Source: Macrostomum lignano
Lineage: Eukaryota
Length of the DNA stretch: 64,000 bases
Assembly (NCBI GenBank): GCA_002269645.1
Contig: NIVC01000272.1
Span: 1-64,000 of the forward strand
Direction of reading: 5' to 3'
Below the pieces are notes generated by a model. That model did not search any database. It was not told the origin of the DNA and saw nothing but the letters and a program-made list of their open reading frames with translations. Positions 12,751-23,413 of this stretch are shown here, piece after piece. The position numbers and the translations under genes were made by a program. Position 1 is the first letter of the stretch. Each line of letters opens with the position of its first letter.

Positions 12751-13246
12751 ATGTCTTCTCAGAAAACAAAGAAGTCTGTCAAAGATCTCGACATGAACCG
12801 GCGAGATCCGCAGGACGTGAACATCCACCTGCAGGTGAGTGAATCGAGTCAAGCACGAGAATGATTAGAAATCCGAGGAGTGCAATAAATCACTGCCGAT
12901 TTGCTCACACAAGGTGGAGTTCGATGACATCCTGGCCGAGCCCGAGGGCGCCTACTCAATCAACTGCGTCTGGCGCTGCTCATACCGCTGCTACGAGTGC
13001 TGGAAGAACTGCTGGTACCGGACCCTCACTCTGCTCTGCGGCTGCTGCATCGCCGCCATGTGGGGCTGCCACTTCGCCGAGTTGGCCTTCTGCCACGTCT
13101 GGTGCTGCACGCCGTACCTGAAGAGCTACATCATGGACATCAAGATCATTCGCGAGATGAACGCGGCCTGTTACGACGCCTGCCTTGGCACCTGTTGCTC
13201 AGCCTGCGGCAACTGTTTCAGTAGAATCCGAGTGCAGCAGAACTGA
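12751..13246 (+). CDS. CAV: Caveolin-like protein, copy A (138 aa)
   Basis: Exons 12751-12834 and 12914-13246, GT-AG intron. RDPQDVNIHLQVEFDDILAEPEG matches the caveolin signature (FEDVIAEP). Confidence 0.93.
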
Positions 13247-13751
13247 TATTGGCGATCTCGTGAACAGTTTAACCAGTTCCAGCTGTCCCTCTTCTGTTAT
13301 GGTGGGCAGTGAAAGCTCGAGACTGAAGGCTAACCTGTGTATAGCTGGCATCCTAAAATACCTACTAACACTTTTCTATTACTTACCAGGGGTACTGTAC
13401 AACAAGAAACTACGAACGTATCATTTCTACGAATTTAACCCTGTCTAGCGAGAAATTGTGTACAAAACAATTTCAATTTGTTTTTTATAAATATAGCTGG
13501 AACTATAGGCGATACTAACCGAATTATTATTTATATTATATTACTTAAACTTATCCGAGGCAAGGTGAAATACATTGACTTTTTTGGGTGTATTAACCCG
13601 TGATCGCATCTTGCTGAAAACTTTCTGCAACTGCAACAGTATCGCTTCAAGAGCTCTCGTTTAGAAGGATGAATAAAACTTATTGATAGATTGAATTAAA
13701 ATACTAAGATTTTATTAAGCGACTTGTAAATAACTCGTGGATCAAGGTATA

Positions 13752-14462
13752 AATGCACATTGCCTCGACCCGGATCATCTGCAATGCACACTGCCTCAAC
13801 CCGGATCATCTGCAATGCACACTGCCCCAACTCGAGTCATCTGCAATGCACACTGCTCCAACCCGGATCATCTGCAATGCACACTGCCTCAACCCGGATC
13901 ATCTGCAATGCACACTGCCTCAACCCGGATCATCTACAATGCACACTGCTCCAACCCGGATCATCTGCAATGCACACTGCCCCAACCCGGATCATCTGCA
14001 ATGCACACTACCCCAACCCGGATCATCTGCAATGCACACTGCCTCAACCCGGATCATCTGCAATGCACACTGCTCCAACCCGGATCATCTGCAATGCACA
14101 CTGCCCCAACCCGGATCATCTGCAATGCACACTGCCTCAACCCGGATCATCTGCAATGCACACTGCTCCAACCCGGATCATCTGCAATGCACACTGCTCC
14201 AACCCGGATCATCTGCAATGCACACTGCCTCAACCCGGATCATCTGCAATGCACACTGCCCCAACCCGGATCATCTGCAATGCACACTGCCTCAACCCGG
14301 ATCATCTGCAATGCACACTGCTCCAACCCGGATCATCTGCAATGCACACTGCCCCAACCCGAATCATCTGCGATGCACACTGCCCCAACCCGGATCATCT
14401 GCAATGCACACTGTCCCAACCCCAATCATCTGCAATGCACACTGCCCCAACCCGAATCATCT
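13752..14462. repeat. 31-bp minisatellite (cacactgcctcaacccggatcatctgcaatg) between the caveolin genes
   Basis: About 23 tandem copies. Confidence 0.95.
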
Positions 14463-14800
14463 AGATCGAGTGTTCGAATTTCAAAGCAAGCACCCTCTCT
14501 GAGCTTGCATGAAATTTAATGATACGTGAAGTACAAATTGCCGTACTTAGCTATAGGTTGGGTACTCGATCTTGAAAGTATAAAAAATTTATTTTCTGCA
14601 CAGAAATCCGCTGGCTCAGAGTGCCACTAAAGCACGGGCGCGATTGTCAGGTGCAGATTAAGATGGCAGTAAAAAAACAATTATTAAGAATAGATTTGAG
14701 AGATTTGGCCATTCGCGGTGCAGGCTATGCAGCTTATTTTAACAACAGCGGGTCAGCTGGAATGTTCAATGGTGAATTTTGCACAAAACGTCAGAGACCA

Positions 14801-15279
14801 TCAGTTCTGCTGCACTCGGACTCTGCTCAAAAAGTTGCCGCAGGCTGAGCAACAGGTGCCAAGGCAGGCGTCGTAGCAGGCCGTGTTGATCTCGCGGACG
14901 ATCTTGATGTCCATGATGTAGCTCTTCAGGTGCGGCGTGCAGCACCAGACGTGGCAGAAGGCCATCTCGGCGAAGTGGCAGCCCCACATGGCGGCGATGC
15001 AGCAGCCGCAGAGCAGAGTGAGGGTCCGGTACCAGCAGTTCTTCCAGCACTCGTAGCAGCGGTATGAGCAGCGCCAGATGCAGTCGATGGAATGCGCGCC
15101 CTCCGGCTCGGCGAGGACGTCATCGAATTCCACCTGCAATTGAAGCGTTTGTTAAACTGTTTGAGTCCAATAAATCTTTTGATACTCCCCCGATTTTCGC
15201 CACTCGCCTGCAGGTGGATGTTCACGTCCTGCGGATCCCGCCGGTCCATGTCGAGATTCTTCTTCTCCTTCGAAGACAT
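14801..15279 (-). CDS. CAV: Caveolin-like protein, copy B (134 aa), GC-AG intron
   Basis: Exons 15279-15208 and 15133-14801. Donor reads GCGAGT at 15207. 98/110 aa identical to copy A in exon 2. Confidence 0.92.
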
Positions 15280-15844
15280 GCTGGAGTTTTGGGTAGCAGT
15301 TGTAAACTAACGAGCTTCTTCGGCGCTTTGAGCACTCGGTTTGAGAAGAGACTCGGTGCTCTGGCTGCTGAGTTTGTGCCCCCTAATATCATAGAAGAGC
15401 ACACTCTGTCTTGCGAAGGAGTGGGGCAGGGCCAGAACTGTTGTTTACCCCCAGCCTCCTGCTGTATCCATAGCAAAATAGTGCGGCTCAGCCGATGGGT
15501 AGGAGGCTCACAGCAGCCCTCACACTTCTCTTCTTTGCAACGCTCGCTCTCAAGCCAGTCTCAAGTCCCACGACCTCCTGCTATCACTTTTAGACGCTTT
15601 AGTAGAGAAAAAAAACATTTCATTACTCGACAGCTGACAGGGTCGCCATTTTTTAATGCTCGGTGGCAAGAGCAGCGCGCAGTCTGCTCTCAGGCCAGCG
15701 GGTGGTCAGGAAAACTAGTCGCAAGATGAAGATGCTCGGTGCGCCCGAACTATACTGTAGATACTGTACGGAGCACTCAAGTGCTCTTTCACATTCTAAA
15801 CCAATTGTAAACAAGTTGTTATGCTTACCTGTAAGCTCCATTTT

Positions 15845-16376
15845 TCTGCTTCTTCATCAGTCTGCTTTTTCACCAATCTGCTTCTTCATTAATCTGCTTC
15901 TTCATCAATCTGCTTCTTCATTAATCTGCTTCTTCATTAATCTGCTTCTTCATTAATCTGCTTCTTCATCAATCTGCTTCTTAATTATTCTGCTTCTTCA
16001 TTAATCTGCTTCTTCATCAATCTGATTCTTCATTAATCTGCTTCTTCATTAATCTGCTTCTTCATCAATCTGCTTCTTCATCAATCTGCTTCTTTATCAA
16101 TCTGCTTCTTCATTAATATGCTTCTTCATCAATCTGCTTATTCATCAATCTGCTTCTTTATCAATCTGCTTTTTCACCAGTCTGTTTCTTTACCAATCTG
16201 CTTCTTCACCAGTCTGCTTCCTTATCAGTCTGCTTCTCATCAATCTGCCTCTTCATCAATCTGCTTCTTCACCAATCTGCTTCTTCACCAGTCTGCTTCT
16301 TCACCAATCTGCTTCTTCACCAGTCTGCTTCTTCACTAATCTGCTTCTTCACCAGTCTGCTGCTTCTTCATCAGTC
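15845..16376. repeat. ~16-bp minisatellite (aatctgcttcttcatt/c)
   Basis: Tandem periodicity. Confidence 0.92.
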
Positions 16377-16781
16377 TTGTACGGGCAGAGTCTATGCCAT
16401 GCTTTCTTTACCTCGCATATGTATCAAATCTCGTTTTGTTTGACTAAAGACTCATTAAACTGTCAAAAGCGACACTGGTTTTATTGATCAAGGAGGGACT
16501 CTTCAAAGGTGCAAAGGCGCTCTGGTTTCCAATTAAGACATTTATAAAGCACTGCATTCCAAAATCACCAATTAAGCCAAGCAAGAACGCAATTGCAACA
16601 GATTGCAAATCTGGTGCTATCGGCTGCGCACTAAGAATGAATTAAGTCCAAGTGTAATTGCTTTGATAAGGAAAGTAGTCAACTAAAGGCTATAAAGCAT
16701 TAGAGGTTGTTCGACTGGTTAATTTTATTTCTGAATAATGTATAGCTATAAAGACAGCCTGTTGTCAGGAGTGTCCGGCAT

Positions 16782-17207
16782 CTACCAGCCGTCAATGCAG
16801 CCCACATTGCCAGCCTGCACGTCGTTCCTGGCGTTCTTCTGCAGCACTTTGCCCTCCTCGTCAACCACCACCAGGCAGGGGATGCCGCTGACGCCGTACT
16901 GCTCGGAGAGGCCCTTGCGCTCCTCGGCGTCAAAGGGCACCACATAGTAGTCTCCGTGCGACTCGTTCATGTAGCTCCACATGGAGGCCTCGTCGCGGTC
17001 GCACGACACGAACACGCACTCCACGGCCTTGTTGGCAGCCTTGGCCTCGGCGTAGAACTTGGCCAGCACCGGGGTGAAGCTGCGGCAAGGCGGGCACCAG
17101 TGCGCGGAGAAGTACAGCATGATCTTCTTGCCCGGTAGCAGATCTTTGCCGGAGAATTCCTTCTTCTCCTTGTTCAGCAGCGTCAGGTCGATGGGCTTGA
17201 TCGGCAT
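16782..17207 (-). CDS. Single-domain nucleoredoxin/tryparedoxin-like thioredoxin (141 aa), coding region intronless
   Basis: ATG at 17207. Motifs LYFSAHWCPPCRSFTPVL, VFVSCDRD and YGVSGIPCLVVVD. Confidence 0.93.
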   Translation of the reverse strand: MPIKPIDLTLLNKEKKEFSGKDLLPGKKIMLYFSAHWCPPCRSFTPVLAKFYAEAKAANKAVECVFVSCDRDEASMWSYMNESHGDYYVVPFDAEERKGLSEQYGVSGIPCLVVVDEEGKVLQKNARNDVQAGNVGCIDGW

Positions 17208-17734
17208 CCTGTTTGAGCGGATTTCCAGGCTTTTCAGGGAGGCAGGTGAGGAGCAGGAGAGATTCCAAGGCGGCTGTGTCCAGTCCCGACAGTTCAACAA
17301 TATATTATGCCAGACAAGCGAGGGAAGAGTTGCCATTGGTAACAAACTGCCGAGAGGGGTATGCAGGCTGTACGCCAAATGTACATTTGGACTGATGGGG
17401 GAGAGGGGAGGGACAGAGAATGCAGAGTACGTACTGCAGTTTTCACGCACTCTGGTGTCGAGTGGCCTGCGCGCACTGGTCGGTCCAGTAGGGGGGGTAG
17501 AATGAGCTGCAGTCTCATGGGAAGAGAATTTTTTCTCCCAAGAGAGAATCAAATCGATTTCCAAAGCACATCGCAATGCACTGCAATACATGTATTTTAA
17601 CAAATGGAAAATTCCACAAAGCGACGTGGCTAGATCGTGTCGCCATCATGAGTCACTGAACTGGGATTTTTTTATTGCATGCGTTTGTGCAAAATATTAC
17701 ATGCACTTTTAATCAACTTCGGCCCGACCACAGA

Positions 17735-18445
17735 CTACAGAAATGAATTTATTCCCCACATAGGCCTGGCCATAAACTACGGAAACGAATTTATTCCCCA
17801 CATGGACCCGGCCATAGACTACAGAAACGAATTTATTCCCCACATAGTCCCGGCCATAGACTACAGAAACGAATTTATTCCCCACATAGTCCCGGCCATA
17901 GACTACAGAAACGAATTTATTCCCCACATAGTCCCGGCCATAGACTACAGAAACGAATTTATTCCCCACATAGGCCCGGCCATGGACTACAGAAACGAAT
18001 TTATTCCCCACATAGGCCCGGCCATAGACTACAGAAACGAATTTATTCCCCACATAGTCCCGGCCATAGACTACAGAAACGAATTTATTCCCCACATAGT
18101 CCCGGCCATAGACTACAGAAACGAATTTATTCCCCACATAGGCCCGGCCATAGACTACAGAAACGAATTTATTCCCCACATAGTCCCGGCCATAGACTAC
18201 AGAAACGAATTTATTCCCCACATAGTCCCGGCCATAGACTACAGAAACGAATTTATTCCCCACATAGGCCCGGCCATAGACTACAGAAACGAATTTATTC
18301 CCCACATAGGCCCGGCCATAGACTACAGAAACGAATTTATTCCCCACATAGTCCCGGCCATAGACTACAGAAACGAATTTATTCCCCACATAGGCCCGGC
18401 CATAGACTACAGAAATGAATTTATTCCCCACATAGACCTGTGCAT
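17735..18445. repeat. 42-bp minisatellite (cccggccatagactacagaaacgaatttattccccacatagt)
   Basis: About 17 near-identical copies; 14-aa period in the ORF track. Confidence 0.96.
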
Positions 18446-18947
18446 AGATTACAGAAAACAAATGTAATCTTTCTTTGGAATTGAATTCAATCGAAGTTCT
18501 TGTACGGTTTAATTTAGAATTCAAATTTGTTTAAAATTCAGGGCGAAATGGTTTATTGCATAACTAATGTGCCAGTATATATTAGCATTGTTCAAGCGAC
18601 CTTTGTGCCTGATGAGCAGCAAAGACTAGTCTGCATAAGGCATCATCTTCAATATCTCTCGTAGAATCAATCTGGTTGGCTCGGAAGCAGCAACCGCACC
18701 GGAATGTTAACACATCGGGGACCTCCCTGAGACCCGGCGAGTTCAATGATCCCCGATCATTGCCAAATAAATAACAAGGGCACTCGCCAGCCAAGACCGA
18801 TTTAGGATTGAGAAATCCAGTCAAAACTAGCAATACAAATTGATTTAAAATTGCCAGTTCGGTAGCGCAGCTCGGTGTCAATATATTTAGGCTAGCAGAA
18901 ATGCTCAGGCTCGAGTAACGGTCGATCATCAAGAGGCAATTCGCACT

Positions 18948-21900
18948 TCACCTGCCCCTGCCACCGCCGCCTTTCCGCTTGCCGCCCTTCCGGTTCGTCA
19001 GCTTGTTCCGCTCGCGAGTTATGCGCGCCTTCACAATCTGCTCCACGCTTTTGCGCTCCGACTGCTGCTGCCCACCTTTCTTTCCTGGGCGGCCGCCTGG
19101 CGCCGCCGCTGCTGCTGCCGCCGCGGCCGCTGTAGGACCGTGCCGCTTACGCTGCAGACCCAGGACGCGCATGCCGCCACGGCCACCGCCGCCTCCCCGA
19201 CCTTCTCCGTCGCTGCCGGCGCCGTCATCGTCAGCGCCGTCCTCGCCGCCGCCTCCTAGCGCCTCCGCATCGCCGCCGCCGATATCGGGGTTCCGCTTGC
19301 GCCACTTGGCGTAGCGGTCGGTCTTGTAGGAGGCCGGCACCAGCTGGCCGCTCTCCGTCCGCACCATCAGCCGCTTGGCCGCCGACGGGCCGCCGCCGGC
19401 CGCCGAATCTGCCGACACGAACTTCTTCCGCTTTCGGTCCCAGATCCGACCGCCGGCGCCCGGCGCCCGTCCGCCGCGGCGCATCTGGTCGGTCTCATCA
19501 GCCAGGATGTCCATACTGTGCCGCTGCAGGTCCTGCGCCAAGCCGCGCTCCGTCGCCGCCGTGGCCTCGTCGCGGGTGTACGGCATGAAGAAGCCGCCGG
19601 CGCCGCTGGCTTTGATGTCGCCGCTGTCGGCGCCGTCTGCGTTGGATCCGGTTGCGACCGCCGCCGCCTCCCGTTTGCCTCCGCCACGCAGTGCGGCATC
19701 AAGCCAGCCGGCCGGCCGCTTCTGAGTCTTGGCCTGCAGATACAAAAATGCGATCAATACTACTCAAAACAGAAAGTAAGTAGTGTAGAAAAGATTGGAA
19801 ATACTGATAAACACCGCGGCCCTCACCTTTTCAATGACTCGACGATTCTTTTGTCGGAATTTTTGCATCACCTCGGCAACAGCGGCCGGTGCGTTCTTCG
19901 TCTCGAACACCGTGGCCCGGGCTCGGTAAGCTCTGCGGGGCGGGCTCTGCTTGGTTAATAGTGCCGGACACTCACTCTGACACTGACGGACACTCACCCA
20001 GACACTGGCCGGACACTCGCCATGACACTGACGGACACTAACCCAGACACTGGCCGGACACTCACCCAGACACTGGCCGGACACTCACCCAGACACTGGC
20101 CGGAAACTCACCCAGACACTGGCCGGACACTAACCCAGACACTGGCCGGACACTAACCCAGACACTGGCCGGACACTCACCCAGACACTGGCCGGAAACT
20201 CACCCAGACACTGGCCGGACACTCACCCCGACACCGTTCTGAAAGCCCGCAGCTCACCTGATCTGCTTAAGCACATCATCCTTGGCGCTGGTTAGCTCCG
20301 CAAACATCGGGTGCGGCTGCAGGTCGAGCTGGCCGGTCCGTCGGGCCTCCTTGCACTTGGCCACCGCCTGCCGGCTGGCGCCCGGCCTTGACCGGACATA
20401 GTGCTCCATGGCGCGCTTGGCGCAATCCAGCTGGGCGCGCAAATCGGCGCTGATGTCGTGTCGATGCCGGCACCAATCAGCGAATTCTTCCACGGCGGCG
20501 GCGGGCACGCAGCCGACCAGGTCGCCGGGTTCGTCCGGCTGAATCGGCGGTTCGCCCGGCGCCGCGCGGAGGTAGCGAAGGCGCCTGGCGCCGAGGAACA
20601 ACTCAAGGTCGAACAGGTAGGCCAGCTCGTCTGGCGCCAGCAGCGACACGGCGCGGCCTGGCCGGCCGGCTCGAGCAACCCGGCCAACCCGGTGGACGAA
20701 GAGCTTCTCCCTGGGCGGGAAGTGAAAATTCACGACGTTGTTGAGGCGCGGCAGGTCGAGGCCGCGGGCGGCCAGGTCGGTGGTGACAAGGACGTGCCGC
20801 TCGCCGCACCGGAAGTTGGCAGCGTGAATCCGTCGGGCCGCCGGGTCCAGGGAGGAGTACAGGTAGGTCACCGAGATGCTGGCGTCCTGGGATAGCACCT
20901 GGGGGGTGCGGGGTGTTGAGCTGGTGCTTGAGCACTTTTATCATAGGCAAATGTGAGACGAAATTGATCAATAAAAAGCCTGAGAGATCATTGCTAATTG
21001 CCAGCACATTAAAAATCCCAGATCGCGAACCTGATACAGCCACTCCACGTGGTGCTTAGTGGCCACGAACACAATGGTGAGCTCCTGGCCCTTCAGCGCC
21101 GTGTGCAGCAGGTGCAGCAGCACCGGCAGTTTGTCTTCGTCGCGGCACAGAAGGAAGCTGGCGGTCAGCTGGTCGGACAGCTTGGCGTCCAGGTCCAGAC
21201 GGACCAGCAGGGGGTCGGACAGGCCGGCCCTGGCGAACTCGGCCACCGACTGCGGCAGGGTGGCGCTGAACAGCAGCGTCTGGCGCTGGGTTGGCAGCCG
21301 GCTGAGCAGCAGCTGCAGCTGCTCCTGGAAGCCCAGCTCGAATAGGCGGTCGCATTCGTCCAGCACCAGGATCTCCACCTTGCTCAGCCTGCGGTCGGGC
21401 GGGGGCGGGATTTGAGTTGGGACTTGCAGTGGGATTCCTACCTTAGGGATTGGGATTCTTTCCTTAGGGATTGGGATTCTTACCTTAGGGATTGGGATTC
21501 TTTCCTTAGGGATTGGGATTCTTACTTTAGGGATTGGGATTCTTACCTTAAGGATTGGGATTCTTACCTTAGGGATTGGGATTCTCACCATAAGAATTGG
21601 GATTCTTACCATAGGGATTGGGATTCTTACAATAGGGATTGGGATTCTTACCTTAGGGATTGGGATTCTTACCTTAGGGATAGGGATTCTCACCATAAGA
21701 ATTGGGATTCTTACCATAGGGATTAGGATTCTACAATAGGGATTAGGATTCTTAACTTAGGGATTAGGATTCTACAATAGGGATTGGGATTCTCCCCTTA
21801 GAGATTGGGATTCTTACCTTAGGGATTGGGATTCTTACCAGAGGAGTTGGGATTCCTAAATTACTTTAGACATAAACAAAACCTGAGCAGGTCTCACTTG

Positions 21901-22415
21901 GCGTCCATCTCAGTGAGCAGGTGCAGCAGCCGGCCCGGACAGGCCACAACAATGTCCGGGTTGCTGTGCAGGGCGCTGAACTGCCGCTCCATGCTGTCGC
22001 CGCCCAGCACCAGAGCCACAGTGAGGTCAGTGAAGCGGCCCAGGGCCCGGCAGAAGTCTAGAGTCTGCAGCGCGAGCTCCCGGGTCGGGCTGAGCACCAG
22101 AGCTCGGGCGCCGTTGCACTGGTGAGCCCGCAGGCGCTCTAGCAGCGGCACCAGGAAGGCGGCGGTCTTGCCAGAGCCGGTGCGCGCCATGGCGACGACA
22201 TCCCTGCCGGCCAGGATGTGCGGCATGGTCTTGCGCTGGATCGGGGTGGGCACCCGGTAGCCTTTGCGCACGATGCCCTTGTACACTGGCGCCGACAGGC
22301 CCAGCGACTGGAAGCCACCGGACTTCCGCTGCTTCCGGTTCCGGCTGGCGATGGCCGAGCGGGACTCCGCCCGCTCCGCCGACAAGGCGGCGTCCTCAAC
22401 GACTGCCGGGGTCGA
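18948..22415 (-). CDS. DDX54: ATP-dependent RNA helicase DDX54/Dbp10 (~802 codons, no in-frame start codon found)
   Basis: Exons 22415-21898, 21388-21031, 20898-20258, 19932-19827 and 19733-18948 join in frame. Motifs: [48 protein letters not shown], and the DBP10CT-type [22 protein letters not shown]. Confidence 0.95.
19965..20230. repeat. 23-bp minisatellite (ggacactcacccagacactggcc) in a DDX54 intron
   Basis: About 11 copies; sense strand contains GGTGAGT. Confidence 0.93.
21430..21855. repeat. 21-bp minisatellite (agggattgggattcttacctt) in a DDX54 intron
   Basis: Tandem periodicity; sense strand contains AAGGTAAGA. Confidence 0.93.
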
Positions 22416-22449
22416 CTGCGGGCGGCGGTAAAGTGCATCGATAATCCAG

Positions 22450-23060
22450 CAGGGAGTTGGGGTAATCCGGTAGTGGGTTGGAGTAATCAAGTGGGTGGGT
22501 TGGGGTAATCCGGTAGGGGTTGGGGTAATCCGGTAGGGGGTTGGGGTAATCCGCAAGGGGGTTGGGGTAATCCGCAAGGGGGTTAGGGGTAATCTAGTGG
22601 GTGGGTTGGGGTAATCCGGTAGAGGGTTGGGGTAATCCGGTAGAGGGTTGGGGTAATCCGGTAGGGGGTTGGGGTAATCCGGTAGGGTTTTGGGGTATTC
22701 CGGAAGGGGGTTGGGGTAATCCGGTAGGGTTTTGGGGTAATCCGGTAGGGTTTTGGGGTAATCCGGAAGGGGGTTGGGGTAATCCGGTAGGGTTTTGGGG
22801 TAATCCGGTAGGGTTTTGGGGTAATCCGGTAGGGGGTTGGGGTAATCCGGTAGGGGGTTGGGGTAATCCGGTAGGGGGTTGGGGTAATCCGGTAGGGGGT
22901 TGGGGTAATCCGGTAGGGGGTTGGGGTAATCCGGTAGGGGGTTGGGGCAATCCGGTAGGGGGTTGGGGTAATCCGGTAGGGGGTTGGGGTAATCCGGCAG
23001 GGGGTTGGGGTAATCCGGTAGGGGGTTGGGGTAATCCGGCAGGGGGTTGGGGTAATCCGG
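22450..23060. repeat. 21-bp G-rich minisatellite (ggggttggggtaatccggtag) between NBN and DDX54
   Basis: About 28 copies. Confidence 0.95.
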
Positions 23061-23228
23061 AAGAGATTGAGAATTGGGGCACTAGGAACAATCCTTATGG
23101 CAAGCAAGACCATCAGTGGTTAATGAAACCACTAAAGGATTAAGACAGCAATAAAAAGTCCAATTAAAGCAGCAAACAGCTGACTAAACAGCAACGGTAA
23201 CTCTTGAATAAGACCTAAGATTCACGGG

Positions 23229-23234
23229 TTTATT
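23229..23234 (-). terminator. Candidate polyadenylation signal (AATAAA) of NBN
   Basis: AATAAA on the minus strand about 180 nt after the NBN stop codon. Confidence 0.5.
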
Positions 23235-23413
23235 GAATTACTCGCAAAGCATACATTAGTACAAAAATAGACCAAGTAAAAATGCAGCTGCGCTTATAAA
23301 TTGAAGCGAAAAACAGACGAGCAAAAATGTAAATTGCAAAAGAAACAAAAATGCAGGGGGGCTGACAGACCCCCTTAAAAATAATATAAATACAGATAGA
23401 GAGCGGCAGGTGG

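Noticed and set aside
18582-18932. 116-aa minus-strand ORF after DDX54
   Set aside because: Overlaps the expected DDX54 3' UTR; no recognisable motif or GC3 bias.
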